A DNA stretch of 64,000 nucleotides from the NCBI GenBank assembly GCA_026770705.1, contig JANJGN010000023.1, positions 37,944,001 through 38,008,000 of the forward strand, in the 5' to 3' direction. The notes under the pieces were generated by a model, which worked only from the letters and a program-made list of their open reading frames with translations, had not been told where the DNA came from and ran no database searches. Each line of letters begins with the position of its first letter. Within the stretch, counting starts at the first letter, position 1. This document shows positions 39,620 through 52,216 of the stretch, piece by piece. The DNA is from Isurus oxyrinchus (Eukaryota). Made by a program: the position numbers and the translations under genes.

Positions 39620-39691
39620 GGAATTAGGTGAAAATGATATCACTTCTATCCAAGAAAGTAATTGGTTACCCTACAGATGGACAGAAGCCTT
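39620..39691 (+). CDS. LRRC37: LRRC37-like exon 2 (72 bp, LRR1: ELGENDITSIQESNWLPYRWTEAL)
   Basis: Polypyrimidine tract + aag acceptor; gtaagt donor; 72 bp, phase 2-2, no stop. Confidence 0.92.
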
Positions 39692-41869
39692 GTAAGTCAT
39701 TTATTTTATTAATACCCATTCACCTTCTTTTGAACACTGTAGTACCAAATTATATAAAGCAATTGCAATGTTTGTGAATCGATGAAAGAGTTGGAGGTCA
39801 AAATGTGTGATCAAAAATGGTGCCCCTTTACAACCAACTTGTACAATGACTCCTCATAGGCTTGTGTTGGGCATTTGTCAGTTCAACGCTTAATCTCAGA
39901 TAATGCAGCTCTGGAGAAGGAATTTTTAAAAGTATTATCTGGACTCTCTTGGAACACAACAGTTCTGCCTCAACTGGCAAGATTGACGCCAATATTGATT
40001 AAGTTGAAGGTGGGGTAAACCATCTGGCACTTTCAGTCTCATGCATGAAAGTAACTGGGTGGGAGGGAATGAGAGCTTTAATCTTGAAGTGCCTGGGAGG
40101 TGTGGCTTAGAATCTAGGAGAGAACAAAAAGGGCACAGCTGAGGTCTGAGGAGAATGTAACCTAGGTCTTGGTGCTGAAAGAGACAAATGAGCAGAACCT
40201 AATGGAGCTAGAGGGAGTAGTGGCTACAGCTCTGTGAGAAACTGTGGAGTCAGGGTTGTGACCTGAGCATTTATAAGCGTGATAATATGTTGTATGTAGT
40301 TAAAGTGGTGCAATTTGCATTATTATTTAATGCATTATTTGTGAACATTATTTGCCTGTGATGTAGCTCCACTTATCTTAATTCTTAGTCTCACTTTGGG
40401 CCTAAAGTTACAAACATATACCAAATTTAAATTTGCTTTGAATGTAGCCTCACCAATTGGAAATTGTAGTATACTTGGTGGACGGTCAGTCTTGCTGTCA
40501 ATTGTTGAAAAGATCTGGTGTTTATTCCCAATTACAAAGTTTCAAAATGTTGGAACAGAGCTGAATTCAAGCCTCCAGATTCAAAGAGAGGCATACTTCT
40601 CCAGTGAAACTACTTGGAGGCATTTCTAATGCACAATTACTACCTTTATGGGAAGGTTTAAGATATTTTTTCAGTTTTTTTTCATGTTTATGATGTTATA
40701 AGTTTAATGGCTAGGAGTATGTAATGGAATGGGTGAGGAAACAACATATGTCCTTTGAATGGAATTTCAAAAAAACTTGCTGTGTTTATGACATGTCTTT
40801 TGGGATTTATAACTTTGTCAGTTTATTATCTTATAAATTGATTGACATTTGAAATCACTGCTTTTAATGTAGTTTGGTTGGATCTTTGCTGATATATAAT
40901 TTAACAAACTAGTGCATTTAAGTTGTTTAATTGAGCCAGTGAGAAAAAGCAACACCTTTTCTACCATATGTGAACAGGATTAATGTGCCACCAATATGTG
41001 GTCACTCTGGAGGTTCTCAAACTTTTTTAGTTGAAGACACCTTTTCAAATGATTGCCAATTATGTCCCCCCATCACCTAAATTATACTATAACACACAGA
41101 ATGCAAAAGTGTTGCGTTTACAAAGGGTCCTCCTAATGCCTTTAAGAAAACAGGTTCTTACAGATAGCAGTAAGAAGGTTGTGTCTGCTTCTTACTGCTG
41201 AGTTTGCAGGAGTACGGAGTGAGCAGAAGGGGACTAGAACCTAGGGAAGCAGTCCCCAGGAAGAGCAGGAGCACAGGGAGAGCAGAGCACACCTCCGGCT
41301 GCTGCTCACCCGCCCTGCTTTTGACTATGTTGCCTATTTGTATGGACTGTCCTGCATATCCATCCTCTTAGTAGGACTCCTAGGATCTCCACTGGTCAGC
41401 AGACTGCACTTAGAGAACTACAGGAATTGTACACAGCGAGTGAAAACTAAATGTGATCTTGAAATGAAGTGGGTTCAAAAGGTGGAGTACAATCAGCCAG
41501 GGCATGCAATCATAATTTACTTCCCATTGTAAACTCATGCATTATGTCCTTATTTTTATACATTTCTTTGTTTTGATATGATATGATTTGATTTGATATG
41601 CAAAGCATGTGGGAATTTGGAAAACATGGAATTAGAAATGTTTGGATAAGTATCTTTGCAATACAGCCTGAAGAGCCAGGAAAGTAACCTCTGGTCTATC
41701 AAAGTAGGAATTTATAATGGAAAGGCACATAAATATAATATTTTAAAATGCTATGATATATTTTAGGAAATTTATGAACATTTTGAACAATATAATTGAT
41801 TGTCTTTCTAGTGGTTGCAGTTTGTACATTGGCTGAGTTCTAATGAAGACAAAAATCGAGATGGGAAAA

Positions 41870-42480
41870 ATGCAATTAGCGCCATTTCCCCATCTGCTCC
41901 CATAACTCTGTACATTCTTCCTTTTCAGACAATAATCCAATCCTCTCTTGAATGCTCCACCGCTGTCTCAGGCAGTGCATTCTTGACCTAAACCGCTTGT
42001 TGCATGAAAAGGTTTCTCCTCATGTCTCCATTGCTTCTTTTGCCAATTAACTTAAATCTGTATCCTCTCATATTGACCCTTCCACCAGTGGGAGCAGTTT
42101 TTCCTTATCTACTCTGTCCAGACTCCGCATGATCTTGAATACCTCTATCAAATCTTCTCTCAACTTTCTCAAAGGAAAAGGATCTCAACTTCTCCAGTCT
42201 ATCTACGTAACTTGCTTATCCCTGGAACCTTCTCGTGAATCCTTGCTGCACTCTCTCGCATGCTTTCACAACTTTCTGCAAGTGCAATGCCCAGACTGGA
42301 TTAAATACTCCAGTTAAGACCAAACCAGTGTTTTAACATAACCTCCTTTCTTTTGTACTGTATGCCCCTATTAATAAAGCCTGGGATACTGTATGCTTCA
42401 TTAACCACTCTCTCAACCTGTCCTGCCACCTTCAGTGACTTATAGATGTAGATCCAGGCCCTTCTGCTCCCGCACCCTCT
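41870..42480 (-). mobile_element. CR1 3' fragment
   Basis: Homologous to 48936-49710. Confidence 0.7.
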
Positions 42481-42881
42481 TTAGAAATTGGCAAAAAAAA
42501 TTTTCAGCATTCACCTTGGAATATATGACTGTTGCAAGTTGAAAGATAATCAGTTCTGAAACCATTCTAGATATTGTACAATACTAAAGGCAGTTATACA
42601 ATGCATTGATATTGTTTGTAAGTATAATATTTAGCAGATAATTGTCAGACTTAATGCCCCCTGGGAGAAGCCCTGTCTTTTGGCAGCATATATTCAAAAC
42701 ACAAGTACGTAACGGAAATCATATGGAATGCACTTCTTAATTCTTGATCTGCACTCTAGGTTAATGAGGCTGTCCTGGGAGCACAAAGTTGGATAATTAC
42801 TCACTATGTTTATCGAGTGGATTTTAAAAGAAATCCGGACAGGCATTTTAATTTGACTTAGAGAAGCCTCATTTTAACTTA

Positions 42882-43542
42882 AGGCTAGAATATTGCCGTC
42901 GGTGTGCAGGGACAGGCTCAACACACCGATGTGTAAAATGACGCAAATGATGTCGGGTGTGCGTCCCGACGTCATCACACGTCATTTCCATCTTTTGTTT
43001 GGCGGGCGCACAGCCGACACTGGCGCACACCCGCCAAACTGTCAACGGCCAATTAAGGCCATTAAAAACGTAATTAACCATATTAACAATGCTGCTCATC
43101 AAACCTTAAGGTTGGCGGGCAGGCGAAGAGCCCAAGCTGCCTTCGCGTTTTTCAGGAAACCTCATCCACGGGCGGGATGAGGTTTCTTGAAGGTTTTAAA
43201 AAGTAATTGAATAAATTTTCAAAACTTCACAAGCATGTCCCAGCTCATATGACACTGTCACATGATGTGACATGTTTAAATAAATTTTCACTTTATTTAT
43301 TAAAAAGTTTGGTTGTCAACTTAATCTCAGGGAGATTGCTGTGCTCTTTTATGAACATACGTGAAAGAGCGCAGGCCCCCCAACTCTCCCTCCTCTCCCA
43401 GCCCACACAGGTAGCGCTGAGCACTACTGGCCGCGCATTATGCTGTGTGGGCCTTAAAATGGAGGCGCACAGCTGATCATGGGTTTCGCGCCCACCCACG
43501 CCTGCTCCTGAACAGCCCACCCACCAACTGAAAAATTCACCC
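42882..43542. mobile_element. Harbinger-derived MITE with TTA TSD
   Basis: Degenerate TIRs (aggctagaatatt / aaaattcaccc), tta on both sides; left ~300 bp is the reverse complement of the Harbinger right ends. Confidence 0.75.
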
Positions 43543-43824
43543 TTAAGTGTTTTCATCAAATATCATGTGACGGATTTGTCACTATGTGCAGGGATGCCAT
43601 AAGTAATTTATTGAATATCTTCTCTGTTTGGTATTTTTAGAAAAATGGGAGTGAAGATTTTGCTAAAAATCCAGAATAATGAAAATCTTCCTGAATGCAG
43701 TTGTACACATAGCAACCACAGGAATCACCATCCTGTGTAGCTTGTTTGAACTATCCTCAGAAATTGATCAGTTAGATGTTTAGCATATAAGTTGATATTT
43801 TAATTGTTGTACAAACTGTTTTAG

Positions 43825-43896
43825 AGATCTGCATGGAAATCAACTTGACACACTACAGAAGGATTCATTTGAAGGGCTCATTTTAGTAAAGAAATT
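43825..43896 (+). CDS. LRRC37: LRRC37-like exon 3 (72 bp, LRR2: DLHGNQLDTLQKDSFEGLILVKKL)
   Basis: ttttag acceptor, gtaagt donor, LxLxxNxLxxLxxxxFxGL consensus. Confidence 0.93.
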
Positions 43897-44307
43897 GTAA
43901 GTATAGCTATTAACTGTTAAACAAATCATTTTCAATTGCTTATTTCAAACTTCCCATTTTGTTAATTGTAAATATTATTCAACAGTTAAAGAGACCAAAT
44001 GTAAAATAAATGTGTAAATTTTCTAAAGGGATTAAGCATTTTTACTTAATACTCAGTGACTGTTTCAAGAATTCTTATGTCAGAGATGAGGTGCTACTTT
44101 CCCAACAATATATTTCAATTTCAGCCTGAGAACATGATCCCATTCTCCACTGTTGAATACCTTACACACCATATCCTATGCTTGCCATCCATGCAAATTC
44201 TTGAGGGGAATTGAGCTACTACCACTGAATTTGGGAAGAGTTATATTAGGAAGTATTCTGCTGAGAATGTGATTTTTAAACTGGAACTGAATATTCAGAT
44301 TTCTGAG

Positions 44308-44730
44308 AGAGAGCTGTGGCTCAGTGGATAACATTCTTGCCTCTGAGTTAGAAGGTTCTGGGTTCAAGTCCATCTTTAGGGCCAGAGTGTAAAAATCAAG
44401 GCTGATAATTAAGTGCAGGACTGAGGGAGCACTGCACTGTAGGAGGTGCTGTCTTTTGGATGAAATGTTAAACTGAGGCCTCCTCTGCCTGCTTGAGTGG
44501 ATGTAAAAGACCCCTTGGCTCTTTTTCGAAGAAGAACGAGGGAGTTGTCCCAGTGTCCTGGCTAGTTATCACATTGCTGTTACTGGGAATTTGCTGAGCG
44601 CAAATCGGTTGCTGTGTTTCCTACATTACAACCGTGACTACATGTCAAAAAGAACATCATTGATTACAAAGCGTTGAGAGACATCCTGTGGTCATTAAAA
44701 GTGCTTTGTAAATGCAAATCTTTTCTTCCT
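44308..44730 (+). mobile_element. DeuSINE copy
   Basis: gctgtggctcagtgg...gggttcaagtcc head, Deu-like core, taaatgcaaatctttt tail. Confidence 0.78.
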
Positions 44731-45330
44731 TTTTTTCTTTGCCAGATGTATACCAAGATCTCAGTGGTGAATGAGCCGCATTCTTACCCAATATTTGCCC
44801 TTATTCTATACATTAATTCAACCATCTGCTGTAGTGCTCCGCTGTTCGGCTTCACAGTTTCTATTGGACTTTATCCAGTGATTGGTTGTTACTTTCAGCA
44901 AGTATTCTCTCTGTCCTGTACCCCGCAGGAGAAATGTGTGATGATGTTTCTTGGGAGTACTTAATACAGTACAGACTTATAAGTGTAGTCATCATTCATT
45001 CTATTAGGTTCAGGTAGCTCCACTAGGTGCAACACTATTTGCAGTTCCATTGTGTGTGATGCCAGACATATGTTGTTACCATTATCAGGCTCATTGGTCC
45101 ATTCCAGTGGGACAATATAGCTCTTCAGTCTAGAACTTTTGAAAGTATATTGAGTCAGATCAAACGTAAATAACTGTATGCTCTTTCTATGTCCATAGCT
45201 TTGTATAGAAGTAATAACCTACAAGTGCTTTACCACAGAGTTATACAATGGTTGTGCACTGATTGTTATGGAGCATTTTTGGATTTTCAGGCGCAACATT
45301 ATTGAACAGTTTGTTTTTATTCCAACATAG

Positions 45331-45402
45331 GAATCTTTCTCAAAATGCCATCGTGAAAATTGCAGGGTATACATTTCAAGCTCTACCTTTCCTGGAAACT
45401 CT
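45331..45402 (+). CDS. LRRC37: LRRC37-like exon 4 (72 bp, LRR3: NLSQNAIVKIAGYTFQALPFLETL)
   Basis: catag acceptor, gtgagt donor, LRR consensus, phase 2-2. Confidence 0.93.
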
Positions 45403-47414
45403 GTGAGTTTTAGTATTCATTTTGAAATATCTAAGAATCTAGTGCAGTATACATATCAGGAAAGGGTGAAGAGGCTGGGTTTCTTGAAAAAAGAAGGCTG
45501 AAGGGGTGATGGAATAGACGTCTTTAAATTTAAGAAAGATTTTGATACGGTAGTTGCAGAGAGAATGTTTCTACTTGTGAGGAAGAGCATAACTCGAGGC
45601 CATCAGTATAAAATAGTCACCAAGATATTGAAATTACAGTTGTTGCAGGAGATTCCAGAATCAGGGGGACAGACAGGCATTTCTGTAACAGTTTTCATGA
45701 GTCCCGCATGGTGTATTGTTTCCCTGATGCCAGGGTAAAGGACACCACAGAGAGGCTGCGGAATATTCTTCTAGAGGAAAGGAGTGAGACAGAAGTTATG
45801 GTAAATATTGTTACTGATTACATAGAGCGGGCAGGCATTGAGATCCCAAGGTCAGATTTTCAGGAACTAGGAAGGAAGATAAAAAGTAGGACCTCAAAGA
45901 TCTCTGGGTTACGCCCAGTGCCACACACTATCCAGAGTAGAAATACAAGATAGGGAGGATTAATATGTGGTTAGAAATATGTTGCAGGAGGAAGGGCTTC
46001 AGATTCTTGGGGAATTGGGACCAATTCTGGGGTAAGAGGCACCTATTCAAATAAAACAGATTGCACCTCAATAAGACTGGGACCAATGCCCTCATGGGGA
46101 GGTTCACTAGTGTGGTTGGGGAGGGTTTAAAATAAATTGGCAGGGGAATGGGCACCAGGATACAGAATTAGGGAAGAGGAATAAAGTGCATAAATTGAGG
46201 GTGTTGGGCAGTACTGGAGAAAGATGTAGTTCCGTATTAGACAAGAGTGGACTAAGAAAGACTACTGGGAATGCAAAGATAGGATTACAATATATTTGTA
46301 AATGCACACAAAGTTCGTGAACTACAAGCTCAAATAGCCTTGTGGGCATTTCATGTGTCCGAAATAACAGAAATGTGGCTTAAAAGTAGTGCGAATGGGG
46401 TGCTTAATATCCAAAAATATAGAGTGTTCAAAAAAGATAGAGAATAATAAAAAGGAGGTGGTGTGGCTGTACTGATTAGGGAAGACATTGCAGCATTGGA
46501 AAGAGGGGATGTCCCTGAGGGAACAAGGCCAGAATCCATTTGGTTAGAGTTCAGAAGCAAAAAGGGTATGATTGTGCTACTGGAAATATTCTATAGGCCT
46601 CCAAAGATTGAGAAAGAGAGAGATAGAGGAACAAATCACAGAGATATGAAAGAACTAAAGAGTGATGATATTGGTGGTCTTTAATTGCCCAAATATTGAT
46701 TCGGAAATTGTTAGAGAAAAGGGGAAAGTGGGATGGGGAGGGGAGTTTCTGAAATGTGTTGAGGAGAACTTCCTTGATCAGTATGTTCACGGCCCAACTA
46801 GAAAGGAGGCATTGCTGGATCTGTGGTTGGGAAATGTGGTGAGCCAAGTAGACCAAGTGTCTGTGGGAGTACTTGGGTAAGAGTGATCATCACATCATAA
46901 AGCTTAGATTAATAATGGAGAAAAGCAAGGAACAATATGAAGTAGAATGTCTAAATTGGAAGAGGGCTAATTTCAATGGGATGAGAATGGATGTAGCCAG
47001 GGTAAAATGGAATTAAAGACTAACAGGAAGAACTTTAACAGAACGACGGATGGCCATTAAGGAAGAGTTGCTTCAGGTTCAAAGAAGGCACATTTAAACA
47101 AGAGTGAAAGGCAGGGGGGAACCGAAAACAGGACTCCTTGGATGACAAGGGAGATAGAGAATATGATGAAATGATAAAAGAGGTTTATGATGTATGTCAG
47201 ATGTATTCTTCATGTGAGAACCATGTTAAATACAGTAGGTTGAGAGGGGAGGTGAAGAGGAAAATAAGACTGGCAAAGAGAGAGTATGAGAATGGAATGG
47301 CAGTCAAAATAAAAGGGAACTGAAAATTCTTTTACCAGCATGTAAATAGTAAGTGGGTAACAAGAAGTTGAGTGTGCTCTATTAGGGATAAAGAAGATGA
47401 AATATGCCTAGCAC

Positions 47415-47875
47415 AGCAGGGTAGAGGTTGCCTCCTTCAATAGCCCCCTTCCAATATCGGGTGCACCTCCCTCCACCCAGCCCAAAAAGGTCTGGCTCTT
47501 GCAGGTGCTCCCTCCCCTACTGGTGTCTCCAACAACACCCCTACCTCCCACCTTTCCTTCCCGCCCTGAGACCCCACACTCTTCTGGTCCTTGACTCCTG
47601 AGACTTAGATTCTAGGGACTGCTTATAGTCCCAGTCCTATCCATTGCAGTTTCTGGTGCTGCTGGGACTAGAGAGCTACCGGCCAATCATATTGTCTGGC
47701 AGTTCGCTGAGGTGTGACTTCCTCTCAACTGAGGGGGCAGAAGTCCTGCCACCATCCCATTAACATTCTTTGGAGCATCAAATGGCTGCAGGACAACCAG
47801 TATCAGTGGCAATGTGTTCCCCATTGACTCCTCAGATGGTGGGAAAGGAAACTCCGCCATCCAAAAAACCTTGGC
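47415..47875. mobile_element. Unclassified GC-rich insertion (probably DNA-transposon derived) in CR1
   Basis: Interrupts CR1 ORF2; CR1 homology resumes at tgagtacttcgcatcc (~47880). Confidence 0.45.
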
Positions 47876-48935
47876 CAGTGAGTACTTCGCATCCATGTTT
47901 ACTAAGGAGGAGGAATCTGGCAAATATTGGTAAAATTGGAGATAGTAGTGGGTGAAAATTGAGAGCGAGGAGGTACTGGAAAGGTAAGCTATACTTAGGC
48001 TAGATATGTCACCTGGTCCGATGGCTTGCATCACAGGTTGTTGAAGGAAGTGTGGGTGGAACTAGCGGAAGGGCTTGCCATAAATTTCCAATCTTCCTTA
48101 AATACGGGGGAAGTGCCAGAGGATTGGAAAGTGACAAATGTGACACCCTTATTCAAGGAAGAAGGTAAGGACATTCCTAGCAAATTTAGACCAGTTAGTT
48201 TAATATCAATAGTGGGTTAGGTTTAGAAACAATAAGTAAGGGAAAAAAAACAAGCACATGGAGAGGCTTGAGTTAATCAAGGAGATCCAGCAAGGATTTT
48301 TAAAAAGCAGCTCATATTTGACTATTCTAATTGAATTTTTTGATGATGTAACAGAGAACATTGATGAACGGAATGCGACAGATGTTGTCTATATGGCTTT
48401 TAAGAAACTGTTCAACAAAGTACCACATAAAAGATTGGTTAACAAAATTAAGGCTCGTGGAATAGAAGGGTCAGTTTCTAATTGGATAAAATGTTGGCTT
48501 AAGGACAGAAAGCAGCATTGGTTATTTTTCAGACTTGGAAATGGTAGAGAGTGCCCAAGGGTCAGTGCTAGGTGGCTGCTTTTTTCTTGCAATATATAAA
48601 TGACTTGGATTTTGGAATACAGAGTAGAATTCCACAATGTGCCGATGCTGCCAAACTTGGAGTGGCAAACAGTGATGATGATACAAATCACCTGCAACAA
48701 ACTGAGAGCAGAATAGACAGGCAAGTGGCAAATTAAATTTAATATGGAGAATTGTGAGGTGATGCATTTTGGAAGAAAGGATGGGGAGAGGCAATATATA
48801 CTTAACGACACAATCCTCAAAAGTGTGCAGGAACAGAGGGACCTGGGGGTGCATGTGCATCAATCTTTGAAGGTGGCAGGATATATTGAAAGAGTCATTA
48901 GAAAAGAATATAGGATCTTGACTGTCATAAATAGA

Positions 48936-49710
48936 GAATCATAAAATCATAGTATTGTTATGGTGCAGAAGGAGACCATTCACCCCATCAGATCTGCACT
49001 GGGTCTCCAAATGAGCATTATGACTCAGTGCCGTTTTCCTGCCTTTTCCCCATAACCTTGCAAATTGTTTCTGTTTAAATAATCATTTAATGACCTCTTG
49101 AATGCCTCGATTGAACCTACCTCCACCACACCTTCCAGGCAGTGCATTCCAGACCCAAACCACTTGCTGTGTGAAAAAGGTTTATCTCACGTCACATTTG
49201 CTTCTTTTACAAATCAGTTTAAATTTGTGCCCTCTTGTTCTTGATGGCTTTACGAGCGGGAATAGTTTCTCGTTACCTCCTCTGTCCAGCCCCCTCATAT
49301 TTTTGAACACTTCTATCAAATCTTCTCTTAGCCTTTTCCTTTTCAAGGAGAACAGTCCCAACTTCTCCAATCTATCTTTATAAGTGTGGTTCTTCATCCC
49401 TGGAACCATTTTCTGCACACTATCTAAGGAGTTTACATCCTTCCTCAAGTGCGGCACCCAGAACTGTACACAGTACTCCAACTGAAGTTTAACTAGTGTC
49501 CTTTACATATTCAACATAACCTTGCTCTTGTGCCTATTAATAAAGCCTGGGCTACTGTATGCTTTATTAACTGATCTCTACACCTGTCCTGTCACCTTTA
49601 ATGACTAATGTACATACACACCCAGCCTCTGCTCCTGCACACCCTTTAGAGTTGTACCCCTTTTTTTATGTTGTCTCTCCATGTACTTCCAACCAAAATG
49701 AATCATGTCA
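48936..49710 (-). mobile_element. CR1 3' fragment inserted antisense in CR1
   Basis: ORF 49182-49481 EYCVQFWVPHLRKD...LEKLGLFSL..RLREDLIEVFK. Confidence 0.85.
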
Positions 49711-51608
49711 CCGAGGCATCAAGTACACAAGCATGGCAGTTATGCTGAACAGTTATTAAGCTCTGGTTAGGTCCCAGCTGGAGTTTGCATCCAGTTCTGG
49801 TCACCACACTTTAGGAAGGATGTGCAAGCCCTTGAAAGGGTGCAGAAGAGATTTACCAGAATGGTTCCAGGGATGGGGGATTTTTATTACAAGGTTAGGA
49901 TGGAGAAAATTGGGTTGTTCTCCTTAGAGCAAAGGAGATTGAGGGAAGATTAGATTGAAGTGTACAAGATTAATACAAGGACTAGGGATCACAGATATAA
50001 GGTTTTGGGCAAGGTACGCAGGGGGAATGTCAGGAAGAACTTTTTTACATAGTGAGTGGTAGGTAAGACCTAGAAGTCACTGCCCACAAGGGTGGTGGAA
50101 GTGAAAACAATCGATGGTTTCAAAAGGAAATTGGATTGTCACTTGAAAGAAATTAACCTGCCTACAGGGATCAAACGGGGAGTGGGACTGACTGGATTGC
50201 TTCAAGAAGAGCTGCATGGACTCCATTGACTGAATAGCTTCCTTCTGTGCTGCAAATGACTCTATGACTCTAAATCCATTGGGGAATTCTGAAGAAGCTT
50301 CTGTATCCAAAGAATGTGGAATTTGCTACCATAGAGAGTATTGAGGCGAGTAGCATAGATGCATTTTAGGGGAAGCTAGACAAACATATGAGGGAGAAGG
50401 GAATTGAGGGTTACAGTGATGAATGAGGAAAGATGGAAGGATGCTCAACTGGAGCTTAAACACTGGCATGGGCCCATTGGACCAAATGTCTGTTTCTATG
50501 CCGTATATCCTTCATAATTCTATACAGAATTGTTGTATAGTCTTTGTGATTCTAGTAGTATAATAGTCAACATAGTTCTAGACTTAATCTGTGCTACTTT
50601 GTTCCTGAAATAGTAACGTTTACTTGTCTTTGGCTCAGACAGGAGGTCGTTTAGTATTCTTTAGGAATCATTGGGCTGACCTTTCCAGACTTAAAACATT
50701 TTCAGCCAATTGAGCTGTTATCAGAACCCAACCTCATTTGCAGCACCAGTGTTGCTTCCTGTTAAATGTTCCTGAAGTTGGCCAATTAATTAGGAATGGG
50801 GGACAGCTTGTTAAAACAGGAAGTCGATTCAGCGTATCTCCATTGTAAGAGTAGCTGCCAGCCTTCACTGTATCTGCAGTGAGAGTGCTACTGAGGGGAA
50901 TGTAGCAGGAGAGATAGGGGTTTAATGGAGGCACAATCAGCCTGATGAGAGCAGCTGTCACTGCATCACCTCCAGCTCTATTGGAGACACCGGTACCCAG
51001 GAGCTTCTCACGCAATGACAAGACTCTGTCAGCCAACCAGTGGAAAGCGCCGACAACGTGCACACTCCCGCCACAAAGAGGCCTAAGTCATTTTGAGGCC
51101 CAGGCCTCATTCATCTACAATTGGTGTGCTGAAGGTGCTAAAAGGCTTTCCAGTCTCGTCAGACTCCAGCTAGCACAATATCAGGGGGCAGCCCAGCCAG
51201 CAGCAAGGTGAGGAAGGAGGAAGCACCCCTGTTCCCCTTCGTCTCTCAACGATAATTTAAAACTTATCTTTTCAGGGCCTCTTCTGTTCTGTCATCAGTG
51301 AAAAAAGTTGTAGCGTGCAAAGCACATTCTCTAACCTGTTTCAGGCTGAAAAGTTAACCGGGATCCTTTGTACTGTACATGGGAGTGCGATTTGTAGATT
51401 AATGGAGCCTGCCACCTACCACAGAAGTGTTCATTGCATAATTTGCAATCGCAGAGTGAAAGCACAGCATACTTCTCCTCTGAGAGTGCATTTAATAGTG
51501 TTGTATTTTCACTTTAATAAACATCACAAAAATAAGCAATCTATAGCAATAAAAATTTAATAATGCTCAAGAAATTGAAGTCCCCTTTTTTTGCGGTTTA
51601 TTGCACAG

Positions 51609-51689
51609 CGATCTTTCTGAAAATAAGGTATCAACGCTGCTTGATGGAACATTCAAATCCTGGCATGGATTACGTTTCTTTAGACAATT
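51609..51689 (+). CDS. LRRC37: LRRC37-like exon 5 (81 bp, LRR4: DLSENKVSTLLDGTFKSWHGLRFFRQL)
   Basis: cacag acceptor, gtaagt donor; 27-aa LRR with the GTFxxWHG insertion I recall as characteristic of LRRC37. Confidence 0.93.
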
Positions 51690-51747
51690 GTAAGTGTGAT
51701 ATCAGCAACTTAAATCCTTTCTCCAACAATAAGACATTCTTTTTAAA

Positions 51748-52060
51748 ATAAAAGAGCAAAATACCGTGGATACTGGAAATCTGAAAGACAGAAAATGCTG
51801 GAACTACGCAGCAGGTCTGGCAGCATCTGTGGAGAGAAACTGAATTAATGTTTCAGGTGGATAACAGGCCATTGACCCAAAATGTTGACCGGGATTTTCC
51901 TGGGGATCCTGTGGACCAGCCAAAAGTCCATTGACTTTCCAGGGGACCAGAAAATACTGGCAGTGGGCGGGGCCAGAAAATCCCAGCCAATTGTTCAGTT
52001 TCTCTTTCCGCAGATGCTCCCAGACATGCTGAGCATTTCCAATGTCTTTTTTTCTGATTT
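51748..52060. mobile_element. Hairpin micro-PLE in LRRC37 intron 5, interrupted by a ~100-bp MITE
   Basis: Inverted arms cagcaggtctggcagcatctgtggaga / tttccgcagatgctcccagac. Confidence 0.7.
51887..51988. mobile_element. Small Harbinger-type MITE
   Basis: TIR gaccgggattttc / gaaaatcccagcc. Confidence 0.6.
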
Positions 52061-52216
52061 TAAAATACTTTGTATCATAATAGTCACAGTCCTGAGTGCA
52101 ATATTCAGAATTTGTATTTTTAAAAATTTACTGTGTCAGTTACTGACAAAGAACCTAAATATTTTCCTTGAACATTTTCTGTCATGATTTCTTTCATTTT
52201 TCCTTCTATTTAACAG

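Larger units (their letters stand above)
45640..50270 (+). mobile_element. Near full-length decayed CR1 LINE with nested insertions
   Basis: ORF1 esterase (VYCFPDARVKD); ORF2 APE (FLDQYVHGPTRKEALLDL), RT (DWKVTNVTPLFK, VVYMAFKK.F.KVPH); 3' end tctatgactct. Confidence 0.9.

Noticed and set aside
43641-43740. Candidate exon after tttttag
   Set aside because: Stops in the frames examined, no LRR pattern and no good donor; the real exon is 43825-43896.
44308-44380. tRNA gene
   Set aside because: SINE head with A/B-box-like motifs that continues into the SINE body; no intact cloverleaf.
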